A stretch of 64,000 nt of DNA from Octopus vulgaris (GCA_951406725.2 OX597824.1:93000001-93064000), one strand, 5' to 3'; shown: positions 40,128-55,991, counted from the stretch's first letter. The notes: generated by a model not told the origin, from the sequence alone. Made by a program: numbers and translations.

Positions 40128-40213
40128 ATTTTCTACACATGTTTCAAAGGCTGCAAATTCCCAAATTCGGATTGAATAAGGAGAACATTCTGCAGCTTCC
40201 TCTTCAGGAAAAT
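40128..40213 (-). ncRNA. Type I hammerhead ribozyme with long stem II in a PLE 3' end
   Basis: ATTTTC-CTGAAGA-GGAAGCTGCAG...TTGCAGCCTTT-GAAA-CATGTG-TA-GAAAAT. Confidence 0.85.
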
Positions 40214-40837
40214 CTAGGAATTTAAAATCTGAAAACAAATGCGCAGCAAGCTTTTCGAACAAAACGCTCCCTAGGAGCCCATGGTAAAAATGGCACAAAA
40301 CTGTCTCTCAATATGCGCTGACGTCAGAGTGGGTGAAGGCCGACGAAAAAATCCGTTGGAATAAACCTAGGTCAAACCACGGTCAAATCAGGTAGGGGAA
40401 GAATCACAGAAAACCCAAAGAGTGTGACTATATTCTGTATAACTAGTGTTAATGTTCAAATTGTCTTAAGAATGACAGTTATCTTATTTGGGTGTGAGGA
40501 ACTACCTACATCTATGTGTGTGTGTATGCGCCTAAGTATGTGTGGCAGTATGTAGGAAGCAGCTAGAGAGAAAATATATTGTATTGTAGGCATTGCTGGT
40601 CAAGCGGCGGATAAAATTCTGTGTCTGTGTGTTCGTCTATGACCAGTTTATATACAGATGACTTGTCAAAAAACAAGGGAGTATAATCCCTGATATTGTT
40701 TCTAAAAAAAGTAGCAGAACATACGCTAAAAGGGGAGTAATTTCTCCTTTCAAATTTAATTCAAAATTTTTTCCAAATTTCTTCCAAACAATGTTTTTTC
40801 TTTTCTTATGACATCAAGGTGTTAATTATCTTAGGCT

Positions 40838-41224
40838 TCAATTGTATGCAAGAAATGTCAGTCGCCTCCAGTGCGGACATCTGAAAGAGTGTTGCAAAAT
40901 CCCGTTCACTAGCTGCCCTCGGGCGAACAAAATGTGAAAAAGTTCAGAGTTACAGAGATTACAGATTCTTTTGCCCCTATCAAACGGTACAGCCACCGAT
41001 AAAATCGACCATTCCAGTCTGAATGCTGAATTCGCGTTCTTCAAACGCCAGATTAATTTACTTAGTCCGGTAGCGTGTTGTTTTCTAAAATCGCGAAAAG
41101 TTGTGAAGTGGTTCGATATTCTCACGGCCAATTTTGATGATGACGCTCCGATATACGAGTAGACATCCGATCCAGTATAAACTCTGCATTGGTAAATGGC
41201 ATTTCTAATAATAATCCGTAACAA
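40838..41224 (-). CDS. PLE GIY-YIG endonuclease domain (truncated ORF remnant)
   Basis: AIY..YIG..R.SNH..LSKLIW.LK..WSIL..CNLC.SE..LVN..CPH, with no stops over 128 aa. Confidence 0.85.
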   Translation of the reverse strand: MLRIIIRNAIYQCRVYTGSDVYSYIGASSSKLAVRISNHFTTFRDFRKQHATGLSKLIWRLKNANSAFRLEWSILSVAVPFDRGKRICNLCNSELFHILFARGQLVNGILQHSFRCPHWRRLTFLAYN

Positions 41225-41248
41225 GATAATTCATTTATCCATTTCATT

Positions 41249-41302
<54 letters not shown>

Positions 41303-41312
41303 GTATGTATAT

Positions 41313-41360
<48 letters not shown>

Positions 41361-41361
41361 G

Positions 41362-41402
<41 letters not shown>

Positions 41403-42555
41403 ATGTATATATATATATATATATGGAACAAAAACGCAATAGAGGACAATAACACCTTCGGACATATGGACGATAGAAAGGCGGACAAGAGAAACATCCG
41501 AAGCGAACCAATACACACACAAATGAAACCTTATGCATGACCATATGATGTCAACAACACATGTAACTGGGTCAGCAGCGACGTCGGGGCCGACGTGGGC
41601 AATAACAACAACAGCAATGATGGCAACACTGTGGAAGAACACACATACACAGAAGAACACGGGAACTGTACTCCTCTTTTTTGTCGGGTCTTAGGACAAT
41701 AGCAGCACAATGGGGTGAGATGATGGGGCGGAGGGAAAGGCTACACTGATGCTAAAAACTAAGACAAACACACAAACATACACACATACACACGCACGCA
41801 CGCACACACAGAGACACGCACACAAAGAAGGTCACAAACACATGCGATTATATGGATACACATCTTCGAAGAACAGAATGGAGCAAGTGGAACAAGAACA
41901 CAAATGGAAACGAAAAGCATCACTGAAGAGGTCACAGATGTGTGACGAAAGATTTCCGGACAATGGACAGGCGTTAGAATAAAAGAAAACAAACTAATAA
42001 ACGGGTGAAGGAAAAAATATAATGCGTCTGTTTATTTCACAAAAAAACAATAATTATAACTAAAATGACCATCCCGAATTAAAACACTAATAACATACAC
42101 ATACTCATATTTTGAGTTCTATATTTCTAATTTGCATCATCACGTCTGTTTGTGTCCGTGTGTGTGTGAGACAGTGTATGAGTGTGTGAGTGCGTGTATG
42201 TGTGTTACTAACAATATGCTGTTTTATAATTTTCTTTTCCTGATTTTCGACATTTTCATATGAGACCCAAGGGAATTCATAGAAACTGTAAATTATGATA
42301 ATCTACAATCAACATACCGATAATTTTACATTTCCACTCGAGGCTTCAAAATCTTAATGACGAATGGAAATGTTTATTTAGAGGAGACAAGCTTTCGTGT
42401 ACACTTCTAACTCACAATGTTTAGCCTATCAACCATATATTATTACTTGGCGTATCTCTTTTAAAAAATTCGATTCTCTGCAAGATTATTTATGAGATTT
42501 TTTCCTTTCCGCTCTCTTCACGTCCCTACTGTCTTTAGTTATGTGGGTTAACTCT

Positions 42556-42860
42556 ATGGTTAGGAATGTAACGTATAGCTTACGGTGTACTGAGGGACGA
42601 TGCAGAAACTTGACAACTACCTACAAGGGGAGACTGCACGCAGCATAGGAGAGCGTATAAGTGATCATTGGTGAGAGCTCAAAGAAGGGAAAAGCTCGTC
42701 AGTGCTCTAGCAACATGCTCAGGCTAAACGTGGAGGTTCGATTAATAGCATAGAGGTGAAAGTACTATCGACACATAGCACTGACACGACACTTTGACAG
42801 GTTACAGAAGCGACTCACATAATATAAGATAGACCGAGCCTCTAGAAAACATGAATGGAA
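42556..42860 (+). pseudogene. Degraded PLE GIY-YIG fragment (different clade, Neptune-like)
   Basis: NVTYSLRCTEGRC...YKG/ETARSIGERISDH...SSVL*QHA...EVKVLS...QVTEATHI. Confidence 0.8.
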
Positions 42861-43144
42861 TAGTAACACCTACCACCACCCCACACCACATGATTAAAAA
42901 AAGTAGGGACGTGCAGAGAGAGGGAAAGGAAAAAAGGAAGGGAAAAATCTCGTAAATAATACACAGATACATATAGATTAATACACATACACCAGACATA
43001 TAGACATATATGCATTTACCTGTGGTGCTTATCAGAAATAGAGATAATAAATTTAAAAATCATCAATAAATAAATAAACATATAAATAGATAAATAAACG
43101 AATACATAAATATATCTGTAAATTTTTAATAAGGATTTAATAAA

Positions 43145-43382
43145 CTTTTATCTTTTATCTTTTATATTTCATTTGTTTTAGACATTAGACTGCAGCCGTG
43201 CTGCGGCACCACCTTGAAGTTTTAGAGGAATGAATGGAGCTCAGTATTTATTTTCTAACCCTGGTACTCATTCCATCGGTCCCTTTTGCGGAACTGCTAT
43301 GTTTCGGGACATAAACACACCAACAACGATTGTCAAGCAGTAAATGGGGTATAAACACAGACACAAAGACACACACACACAC

Positions 43383-43427
<45 letters not shown>

Positions 43428-43597
43428 TACGACGAGCTTCTTTCAGTTTCCCTCTGCCAACCAAATCCACTCACAAGGCTTTGGTCGGCCGAAGGTTATA
43501 GTAAAATACACTTGCTCAAGATGCCACGCAGTAGGCTTGAACTCGAAACCATGTGCTTCAGAAGCAAGCGTCCTACCACACAGTCACTCCTGCACCT
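43145..43597 (-). mobile_element. SINE family A
   Basis: Full head and tail; further partial copies at ~13381-13535, 21137-21465, 21777-21832, 32067-32145, 50040-50196, 53955-54047, 61046-61146. Confidence 0.9.
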
Positions 43598-43661
43598 AAT
43601 TTATTAACAAAATTCCTTGAACTTTTGCAGTATATATGTGTGTGTATATGTGTGTATGTGT

Positions 43662-43742
<81 letters not shown>

Positions 43743-43773
43743 AAAATATATAGACAAATAAATAGATAGATAA

Positions 43774-43809
<36 letters not shown>

Positions 43810-43834
43810 AAAGATATATAGATAGGTAGATAGG

Positions 43835-43897
<63 letters not shown>

Positions 43898-43898
43898 G

Positions 43899-43967
<69 letters not shown>

Positions 43968-45131
43968 TCACATTTATATATATATGAATGCACATATTCT
44001 TTGTAACTCTTTATAGATTCTACGCTATTTCATACTTATTTAAGGTGTTTTCTTTCACATCCATGTAATAAATATGTCGCTTCTTTTGATGTTAAATGTC
44101 GGAAGTTTCCATTTTACACATTTTAATATGTCTTTCTTTCAGTATATCTTTGAGAACGTATGCTGGGATTTTATCAACCATTGATTTGTTATTCACTTAT
44201 TGTATTCATATACATTACACATTCTAGATATTTTTAAAACGATGCATGGTGACTGTTTATTGACGCCATGTTAACTTCCAAATTTGTTTGATCCGTGTTT
44301 AACTCATCCACAGTGTATTCTTTACATAATAACCTTCTGCAAAGAAATATACGTCCAAATACTATATACGTTAGGTTTGTGTGACATTTCAACTGCGTGG
44401 GATTTTTAGTATTGCTGTAATGTTTGATAGTTGCTGCTCTATTTTCCTGTGTATTTCATGCACTTATTTTTTAGCTTGCTTGAAGCACGTGACCTAGTGA
44501 GGAAGAGGGTACACTCATGATTTCACATTATTGACTTTGATTTCTAGACCGGGTTATGCCTTCTGTACTTCATTAAAACACTTCATTTCAAGGCGCTCCT
44601 GTTCACTCTGATTTAAACCATCAATCATACGAGAAACTGGCTTCTCTTCCAGAGGAAACAGTATGCTCTCAATAAGTTATCCTCCTTAGCGTCTCGGTAA
44701 ACGGCTGTATGAATTGTAATATCCAGAGCGTACCTATTGTTTAGCCAGATACAATTTCATACTATATTGTTTAATACGCCCTCTCATTATTTTAGAATAA
44801 TAAGGCGACGGGTGAAATGCATAACGGTATTTCGTCTGTCTTTACCTCCTGCGTTCAAATTCCGCCGAGGTCGATTTTCTTTTCAAACATTTGTTATCGA
44901 TAAATTAAATAACAGTTTCGTACTGGGGTCTTTTTAATCGACTGCCCCTCTACCCCAAAATTTCCGGCATTGTGCCTAGAGTAGAAACGATTATTTTAGA
45001 AGAATTTAATATATGGGGAGGTGGAGTCTTTCTTTCAAACATGTAAAGCGTCCACGTTGATTGCCTCTTCGCTTTGTACATTTCCCATTTTCTGTCTGTT
45101 AAAACCATATGGTTGGTCTCTTTTTAATATT

Positions 45132-45437
45132 TTGTTTCATATTTTGGCAGAAAGTCGGCAAGTTCGGAGAAAGTTCTACTTTCGTAGTGGCAGACGAAAT
45201 ACTTATTTCTTTATTGCCCACAAGGGGCTAAACATAGAGGGGACAAACAGGGACAAACAAGGGGATTAAGTCGATTACATCGCCCCCAGTGCGTAACTGG
45301 TACTTAATTTATCGACCCCGAAAGGATGAAAGGCAAAGTCGGCCTCGGCGGAATTTGAACTCAGAACGTAACAACTGACGGAATACCTCTCAGCATTTCG
45401 CCCGGCGTGCTAATGTTTCTGCCAGCTCGCCACATTA
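45132..45437 (-). mobile_element. SINE family B plus partial second unit, with 18-bp TSD
   Basis: TGGTCTCTTTTTAATATT at 45114-45131 and 45438-45455. Confidence 0.85.
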
Positions 45438-46264
45438 TGGTCTCTTTTTAATATTATTACATATACAAATAATATTATCATTTTCTTTAATATTATTACA
45501 TATGCAAATTAAGGCGACGAGCGAGCATATTCATTAGTACGCTGGGCAAAATGCTAAGCAGCATTTCATCGGTCTTTGCATTCTGAGTTCAAATCCCGCC
45601 GAGCTCGACTTTGCGTTTCATTCTTTCGGGGTTGATAAACTAAGTACAAGTAAAAGACTGGGGTTGATATAATCGACTATACTCCTCGCCCAAACTTCAG
45701 GCGTTGCGCCTTTTGTAGAAAGGATCATTACGTATACAAATAAGGCGCTAGAAGGATTATTAGCAACGTTTGTTCGGCTCTTCAAGATCTAAATTCAAAT
45801 CCCACTGAGGTCATGTTCGCCATTACTACTTTCACCGAGGTTCAAATACCATCAGGTACCGGGGTTAATGTAATCCACACCACCATTAACCTAAAATTTC
45901 TTGTGTCAAAATTTGGACGACAATATTTATTAGAAAATCTGCTATTATTTCGAATTCCCGTAGCTAAAATCTGAATTGGATTTGCTTATATAACTGAAGT
46001 CTCTACCTCATTATATTTTATCATTTAATGCTTTGTATGTAATTATTCTTCTCTGAGGGATTTGTATAATAACATGCGATTGTTTTCTAATCTATTGTAC
46101 GCTGAGATGTGGAATATCTTTGGCATATAAAGTCTGAATGTGTTTCAGTATTAAATATTTATTGCTTTAATCGTCTATCAATGATGGAAGAAACAATGTT
46201 ATACCAACTTTTAGCTCATAGCTGATGAGCAACAAAGATTTGTCAAAGGACTTTAACGTGTATG

Positions 46265-46298
<34 letters not shown>

Positions 46299-46369
46299 GT
46301 ATATATAGAGAGAGAGATTGATAGATATATACATACATATACCTATGTACACTTATATATTACATATAC

Positions 46370-46457
<88 letters not shown>

Positions 46458-46599
46458 TCTTTATTACCCACAAGGGGCTAAACACAGAGGGTACAAACTA
46501 GGACAGACATAGGTATTAAGTCGATTACATCAACTCCAGTGCGTAACTGGTACTTAATTTATCGACCCCGAAAGGATGAAAGGCAAAGTTGGCCTCGGC

Positions 46600-46637
<38 letters not shown>

Positions 46638-46738
46638 TTAATAATAATAATAATAATGATAATAATATTAATAATAAGAATAATATGACAACAAAAGAAT
46701 GGATGAGACCTCGATATTATGTAAATAGAGAAATTTAT

Positions 46739-46837
46739 CTGTAAATATAATATGTGACAATTAGTTGGTTGTCGCAGCAAGCTTCATTCCCAGTTTTATT
46801 ATGACAACCAACTAATTGTCACATATTATATTTATAG
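46739..46837. repeat. 35-bp inverted repeat with 29-nt spacer
   Basis: Arms 46739-46773 and 46803-46837, one mismatch. Confidence 0.85.
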
Positions 46838-46855
46838 GTATATAGCTATAAATAC

Positions 46856-46902
<47 letters not shown>

Positions 46903-47147
46903 TGCACATACATATGTAAATACATCCATCCCTCCAAAGAAACATGCACACTTACATTGCGTACCGAACAAACTTACACGCGCCGCAGAAGCCCCGACCA
47001 CGACACTGAAAACGATGAGAATCATTAAACTCCAGGCGATCGCTTCTGACTCTATAGGATTTCACGCACACACACACACGCACACACACACACACACATA
47101 TGTATATAGATAGGGTATGAGAGGTATTGGTGCGGCGAGAAGACCCA

Positions 47148-47308
47148 ATTCTTTTATTTCTTTTAGTCATTTGACTGCGGCCATGCTGGAGCGCCGCCTT
47201 TAGTCGACTACTTATTCTATCAGTCTCTTTGGTGGAGGCGACAAACACAGAGACACATACATACATACATACATACATACATACATACATACATACATAC
47301 ATACATGC

Positions 47309-47403
<95 letters not shown>

Positions 47404-47810
47404 TTTCTTTACTACCCACAAGGGGCTAAACATAGAGGGGACAAACAAGGACAGACAAAGGGATTAAGTCGATTACATCGACCCCTGTGCGAAACTGGTA
47501 CTTTATTTATCGACCCCGAAAGGATGAAAGGCAAAGTCGACCTCGGCGGAATTTGAACTCAGAACGTAACGACAGACGAAATACCGCTAAGCATTTCGCC
47601 CGGCGCGCTAACGTTTCTGCCAGCTCGCCAATAGATAGATAGATATAGCTATATGTATATATGCGACAGGCTTCTGTAAGTTTCCGTCTACCAAATCCAC
47701 TCAAGGTTTTGGTCGATCCGAGGCTACAGTAGAAGACACTTACCCAGTGTGCCAGGTAGTGGAAATGAACCCGGAACACTATAGTTGCCACTTACCACAC
47801 AGCCAAACCC
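47148..47810 (-). mobile_element. SINE family A interrupted by a family B copy in its internal microsatellite
   Basis: Tail 47148-47255, head/body 47660-47810. Confidence 0.8.
47401..47630 (-). mobile_element. SINE family B monomer, nested in a family A copy
   Basis: A box TGGCAGAAACG, B box GAGTTCAAATTCC, 3' end GTAAAGAAATA; flanked by (GATA)n. Confidence 0.9.
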
Positions 47811-47865
47811 GGACCGCTCTCTCTCCCTCTCTCTCCCTCTTTCTCTCTGTCTCTCTCTCTGTCTC

Positions 47866-47950
<85 letters not shown>

Positions 47951-48407
47951 AACACGCATCCAAAACTTATACAATATATATATTCTCTATAAAATGGACA
48001 ATGCTACTGATGTTGAACCGGCCAGGTATGTAGATGTATTTATGAACTTGGTGTAACATCCTGATAAAGGGAGTGCCTTGATTGATAATATGTAATATGT
48101 CATTCACATTCCTTGGCACATCTCTGATATGATATGATGTGATATTTATATTTTTCTTTCGTTCGTTTTAATTTGTCCCTGATACCTAATCCCTTCAAAT
48201 TAAATTTTAAAATTTCATTATAAAATGTACGATTTTAAATGTAATTACAAATGATATTTTCTGAAATTCAGTCGTTTTTTATTTAAATTTAATCATGTTT
48301 TATGCATTCCATTGATATTGTCTATTTATAAAATATGTTTGTATTTTGGAATTTTATGTCCGTTTTATAGAGAATATATATATTTATTGAAGTTCTGAAT
48401 GCGTATT
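47951..48407. repeat. ~50-bp inverted arms enclosing a decayed hammerhead-like motif (~48056-48140, plus strand)
   Basis: TATTCTCTATAAAATGGACA versus TGTCCGTTTTATAGAGAATA; inside: ACATC-CTGATAA-AGGGAGTGCC...GGCACATCTCT-GATA...GATGT. Confidence 0.55.
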
Positions 48408-48545
48408 TCTGTTATGTTCGTTTAGACTCCGGCTGTGGTGCCTCCATAATAATATTTCGAATATGGCTCACAACCAGCACTACGTTTTCCTTCTGTATTT
48501 AATGTGAGTTATTGCTAATAACAGGCTCTAATTAACTATATATTA

Positions 48546-48943
48546 CTAGCAGTACCGCCCGGTGTTGCTCGGGTGTGTAAGGGAAATAACTATATAAGCA
48601 TTTTTAGAGAGTTATAGCCAAAAAATAGCAAACAAATGCATTAAAAATGGAGAAAAAAAATAGGGTAATTTTTTTTTAAATCGTTGACTCATCGTAGACA
48701 TATTTAGAGAGATACTTCCCTTATATAATAGCGAAAAAATGCATTAAAATGGAAAAAAATGATAGTAAATATCTTTTAAAATCGTAGACTCATCGTAGAC
48801 GCGCGCTAATACCCAGAAGGGCTCGATATGAATCAATACTATAAGATACCCGGTTTTGGTTAAACTGCACCGCAAAATGTGGGAGTAGTTAGGAATCTAA
48901 ATCGTAGAAGACAGACACACAAACTTACTTTTATATATAAAGA
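48546..48943 (-). mobile_element. Non-autonomous Helitron
   Basis: 5' TC, subterminal hairpin CCCGAGCAACACCGGG, 3' CTAG followed by T; internal ~105-bp duplication. Confidence 0.85.
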
Positions 48944-48944
48944 C

Positions 48945-49009
<65 letters not shown>

Positions 49010-50622
49010 TGTATGTGTGTGTGTGTATGTGTGTGTGTGTGGTCAGTTGTTCGTATTTTAGAAAAAGAACCTCACTTGAAAAACATTAGAGCGGTACTGT
49101 ATTTGGTAGGTTGTTTGTTTGTTGTGGTCAGTCATCTTGCGATCATTGGTTTCGCACATTTAAAGCTTCGGAGTCTTTCGACCATAGACAGATGACTCGA
49201 AGTAAACATTTCTGTTGTTTACGCTTCTGATTTTATCGTTGTTGTTGCTGTTTAATGTTACATAATCTCCATCGAACCGATAATGAAAAGTAGCTCCGCC
49301 ATGACAGTCCAGTTTTTTTCGATTTTTTTCCCTTTGTATATACATTGTTAATATATAGAAGAGGGGAATTATTACATAATGGATTCAAATTAGTTTTTTC
49401 GCTGGAACAGCTTTTACTATTTTAATTTACATTATTCTAGTTCAGTGTTCTTTCATTTAATAATTGTTTTGTCTCGAATTAATTACCCTGGTCTAATTAA
49501 ACAAAAACTGAACATTAAATTTTCACTTCTTTCGCTGAAAGGTATAAAAAAATAAAGAACTCTATTTTGTAGTATGTTTTGTCGTTTTAAAACAGCTACA
49601 GGGAGTTTAATTCTAAATTTATATTTGACACAAAAGGATTACACGACACTTAGGCTTTTAAATAAAGCAATTTTCTTTTTAGCATTTTCGACACAAATTG
49701 AAACTCGGTTGCTATCACAGCGCCTCTGTGTAGCCGCTAATAGCAGCCAAATGTCGCTCAGGGAATTTTATGTATGTTATACCTCTGCCTCACTTCTTAG
49801 TGTTTTGTTTATAAATTTATAACGATATAATGAAAAAAATACATCGTGAACTTTAATGTGGGGTTTTCAATAATTTATCGTTATATAACGTACACCAGAA
49901 TTTCTTGATGGGTAGATAGATGCACAATCATCGGAGAAAGAGAGATGGTGTGATAAACTTAGACATCGATCAGCAAAATGTGGCTCAGGCCTTACAAGAG
50001 CATCGTCTGGTAAAATCTGTTGAGTCATTTAGAGTTAGTAGTATCAGGGCCCCTTTAGTTATGGGGATGTTGTTGACAGAGATGTACCGAGGCACTGGTC
50101 GACACGAGATTATTTTAGAAGACCAAGGTGCCACACAGTGGGACTGAACCGGAAGCGTGTGGTTGGTAGGCAAGCTACTTACACACACAGCCACTACCAC
50201 TCAGCTTCTATTTACCAAATAGCCTATATATCGATGTGTCTAGATGTCTTTTGAAGGAGATGGTATCTTTTTCTTTTTTGATTTGATTTGGGACAATGTG
50301 AACTAGAGCTGGATCTGTTAAAAAAAGTGGACTTATTGCAAATATCGTTATGTCTCTTAACCCCGAATAGTATCCTAAATTTAATGCTAAGGTCGTTTGG
50401 ATAGTGCTGGTGTTATATTCTCCATATGGTGCAAATGATGTATCTCTCGCAGTGGAGGTAGAGAGAATGAAGTTTTAATGTTTTAAGGCGAGCTTAATGG
50501 TCAAGATCAGTCATGCCTCTTTGGTGTGTAATATTGGCGGACAAACTGGGGTCGCAGTATAATAACCGTAGCCGAACAAACGAGGAGTAAAAGGGAATGA
50601 TATAATCTGGCTCTCTATACCG

Positions 50623-50970
50623 GTAAGGGGTTAAGTCGATTACAACGACCCCAGTGTGTAACTGGTACTTATTTAATCGACCCCGAAAGAATGAAAGGCA
50701 AAGTCGACATCGGCGGAATTTAAACTCAGAACGTAACGCAGAGACGAAATACCTATTTCTTTACTACCCACAAGGGGCTAAACACAGAGGGGACAAACAC
50801 AGACAGACAAACAGATTAAGTCGATTACATCGATACCAGTGCGTACCTGGTACTTATTTAATCGACCCCGAATGGATTAGGCAAAGTCGACCTCAGCGGA
50901 ATTTGAACACAGAGGAAATACCGCTAAGCTTTTCGCCCGGCGTGTAAACGATTCTACCGGCTAGCCACCT
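50623..50970 (-). mobile_element. SINE family B dimer
   Basis: Junction GAAATACC/TATTTC at ~50752, same as in the array. Confidence 0.85.
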
Positions 50971-51511
50971 CCACAGATATTATATTACTCGTGGCCTTGT
51001 GCCAATGCTTATATAGTGAAAGGAGTGAACAATTTTCGAAACGATCGTAATAATAAAAGCCGAGATTGAAACCAGTTTGTGTTATTAGACACAGGTCGTG
51101 AAATTTAAAACAATGCAGAATTTGGAAAGAATAACCTACCAATATAAATAAGAAAGTAACATATGCAATCCATAAACATTGAACATAAATTCAAACTGGG
51201 ATATTAGCTTATTCCCTGTTGTACAGCTTTACATACAATAACTATTTAAAACTAAGTTAGACGAATCAAATTTCCATAAAATATACGTAATGAGAGATGC
51301 ATGTTATGCAGATTTTGAACTCTTGTGGTAAAGACGTTCGTGTTTCTTTTTATTGAAGCTTATCAGTCGAACAGAGAATTTAGCGGTAGGTTTCGTAATC
51401 TGGTTATATACAATCGGACACGCGAATAAAAGAATACGTAGATGTAGTGACATAAACGGACACGTTGATACCCGCCTATACCGCACCAATATATCTACGA
51501 GCACTTGTATG

Positions 51512-51585
<74 letters not shown>

Positions 51586-51603
51586 ATATATGTATATATA
51601 TAT

Positions 51604-51634
<31 letters not shown>

Positions 51635-51701
51635 AGATAGATAGATAGATATAGATATATGCATGTGTATATATATATGTATGTTTATATATATGTATAT
51701 G

Positions 51702-51749
<48 letters not shown>

Positions 51750-52989
51750 CATACATATATGTATATATATATATACACATACGTACATATATATATATAT
51801 CTATATATACATATATGTGAAAATATATGTATAGATAGAGTGACAGACATAGATAAACCTTAAAATATTCACATACATATTTGAATGTATATACATATAT
51901 GCGCGTATTTGTCTATGTGTGTATGTGTGTGTGTGTGGGCGTGCGTTCGAGCGCTAACATACTCTCACATTCATACACATATAATGTTTATACGAAATAA
52001 AATTACCAAAGGATTAATATTCAGAGAATTCGAAATAATGTGATCCATAAAATATAGCCTACCAACGTATACATATGTGTGTGTGTGCTTGAATGTATAC
52101 GTACAAATATATACATACGCAAGCACATACACAAACGTAGACATATATGTAGTTATATATATATATATCTATATAATTTCAATGTGGTTTACACACACAC
52201 ACACATGCACACATAGAGAGACAGACAGACAAACAGACATACAGTGCCAGACAAATATGTATATATGTATGCAGGTATACATGCTTCTCTGTATGAGTAT
52301 ATATATATACATATGTCTGTGTATGTATGTATGTATGTATGTATGTATGTATGTATGTATGTATGTATGTGCGAATGTATATATGTACGTACGCTCGAAT
52401 AATATTTCATAAAACGCATCACAAACCACAGACTTCGACAGTTCACTTTATCTTCTGTTTTGAGGTTGTTTATTGATGCGAAAGCATTTTACCGTCCTCT
52501 TATCTTATCAAAGCAAATAGCCTATTAAATAATTTAGACATTTTACAATGGATCAATATTTCCAAGGAACTGCATACACAACCAATAAAAACACCTCCAG
52601 GGATTTGGCATTCGTTTCTCCCTTGTTATTCTTGCAAAAAAATACGAAATTATTGCAAATAAAGTTTGTCTCGCCGTGACAAGTATTCGGTTTCATATCA
52701 ATACAAGTTATTTTGATTATATTAGATGTTTTTTTCTTGTCAGATATGCTCTAATATCATTCTTGTTTTAATGGCTGTTCATACATTCTTCTCTAAATAT
52801 GTGTATATATGTATTCGGATGTACAACGCTTTAAATCACACCGTTGGAATGGCGGAGACACATATACGTTAACAAAACACACATACTTCTGCAAAGACAA
52901 TTGGTATAAGTACGCATATACATCGCTCTATGTTGATAAGTTGACAGACTCATAAAACAGGTAATGACATATTATATGTGTGTGTGGAT

Positions 52990-53045
<56 letters not shown>

Positions 53046-53280
53046 TTTATGCGCAATCACAGAAAATATAGAATGCTGAGAGGTAGGGATTTACGTTTAA
53101 ACGTTCACAGAATCTGGTGTAGAGTATGTGAGCATACTGGATAAATGCATATAAAGAAGACTGTGTATGTTTTGTGTATGTGTGTGTGCGCGTGTGTGTG
53201 TATGCGTCTGTATGAGTGTATAATTGTGTGTGTGGATGTGTGTGTGTGTGTGTGAGTACTTCTCTTTGTTATATAAATCC

Positions 53281-53665
<385 letters not shown>

Positions 53666-54799
53666 TGATTCATTTAATTTGTAGTCTTATTTGAATTAAA
53701 ACGAAAAATATTTTTGCCGTAGTGTTCAGGGGATTTTTTCCTTCTTTTTGTTTCTCTTTTTACTCAACAAATTTCTCTTATCGTTTTTGAATTTTATGAA
53801 TAAATTTTAGCCACTCTCAGGCAAGTAGGAAGATAACGAGCATTTCCAAAATCTGCTTCTCTTCGTTTGCAATGAAGTTTCCAAAACAGCCATAGACGCT
53901 CGAAGAGAAATTGTTTCGCAATATTTCAAATGTTGGCCAACGCTAGTCTATAGAACGACCTACTTGTCGAAGGAGCCAAGCAGTGGGATTGAACCCGGCA
54001 CCATATGGTTGGGAAGAAAGCTTCTTGCAACACAGCTACTCATGCGGCTATATTTTTTGATATAATTACAGGTACAAAGCGGCGAAATTGATGGGCGAAA
54101 TTCTTAGCGGTATTTCATCTGTCTTTATGTTCTGAGTTCAAATTCCGCCGAAGTCGACTTTGCCTTTCATCCTTTCCAGGATCGAGAAATTAAGCACCAG
54201 TTGCGGATCGAGGCCTTTCAAATCGTCTGGCCCCTTCCCCAAAATTTCGGGCCTTGTACGTAGAGTAGAATAGAATAAAATAGGATATCATTACAGGTAC
54301 AATCCTGACTTTTAAGATGCTGATGGTCCGGATCATCTTATAATCCGCGCTAAATAAGAGCAGGACTTACAAATCCTTGCGCCCACCGGAGTAGTTTAGA
54401 GGGCTCTTGGATAGATTAATAACTTTATAGCATAGAATTACTAAACTTGTAGCATATTGGTGTACAAGTAACTGTCGTTCATTTTATTATTTAAATAAGT
54501 CAAATATTTGAATCAGATTTAATATGTTACAATTAGTTATTAGTAATGATATGTTATAATTAGTTGTAATTGTTCTGTTACTATTATAAATCATGGGTAT
54601 TATTATCATCATCATCATCATCAAAAACAACAACAGTAATAAAAATAAAACATCATAATCCATCAGAACATAAATATTAGTAACATTCGCCTCAACAACA
54701 ACAACAACAACAGCAACAACAACAGTAACAACAACAATAGTAATAACAAATGACAAAGAAAAGAAAAACAAAGATTTACAATAACAGTAAGAGCAACGA

Positions 54800-54813
54800 C
54801 AATAATAAATATA

Positions 54814-54871
<58 letters not shown>

Positions 54872-54883
54872 TTAGTGATAATG

Positions 54884-54961
<78 letters not shown>

Positions 54962-54985
54962 TTAGTGATAATGATAATAATAATA

Positions 54986-55027
<42 letters not shown>

Positions 55028-55051
55028 TTAGTGATAATGATAATAATAATA

Positions 55052-55087
<36 letters not shown>

Positions 55088-55112
55088 TTAGTGATTAATG
55101 ATAATAATAATA

Positions 55113-55192
<80 letters not shown>
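54800..55192. repeat. (AAT)n with four recurring ATTAGTGAT interruptions (higher-order repeat)
   Basis: Interruptions at ~54871, 54961, 55027, 55087. Confidence 0.9.
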
Positions 55193-55569
55193 TGTAATTT
55201 GAAGAAAGGAGGAAAAGAAATAATTGTCTAAGACAATGAAGAATAATAAAGAAAAAGTGAAGGTTGCCAGAAATCAATCGATGATAACGATGCCGGTGAA
55301 AGTTTCGGCGCAAGCCGGGGGGAAAAAATTGATTGAAATTTTCTCTAATTTAATTAAATAATCGAACTAGAATATTGAGGTATTTTTAAACAATAATGCT
55401 GTTAAAACACCATGTTGTTATTGTAGTATTTCAGACTTCATATCCTTCAGACGTTAAATACAGACAGACAGACAGACACACAGACACACACATACACACA
55501 CACATATATATATATAAATATATATATGTGTGTGTGTGTGTGTATGTGTGTATGTACATGTGCATGCAT

Positions 55570-55623
<54 letters not shown>

Positions 55624-55846
55624 ATGCATGCACATGTACATATACACACACATATATATATATGCATGCATGTTGCATATATATATCTATCTATCTCTAT
55701 ATATATAAATATATATATATATGTGTGTGTGTGTGTATGGATGCACATGTACATACACACACACACATATATATATATGCATGCACATATACATACACGC
55801 GTGTATATATCTATATCTCTATCCATACACACATATATATATATAT

Positions 55847-55943
<97 letters not shown>

Positions 55944-55957
55944 TGTATGTATGTATG

Positions 55958-55991
<34 letters not shown>

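Larger units (their letters stand above)
40072..41250 (-). mobile_element. 5'-truncated Penelope-like element: GIY-YIG, 3' UTR, hammerhead, AATAAA; both flanks (TA)n
   Basis: GIY-YIG ORF followed ~630 nt downstream by a hammerhead and an immediate AATAAA. Confidence 0.85.
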
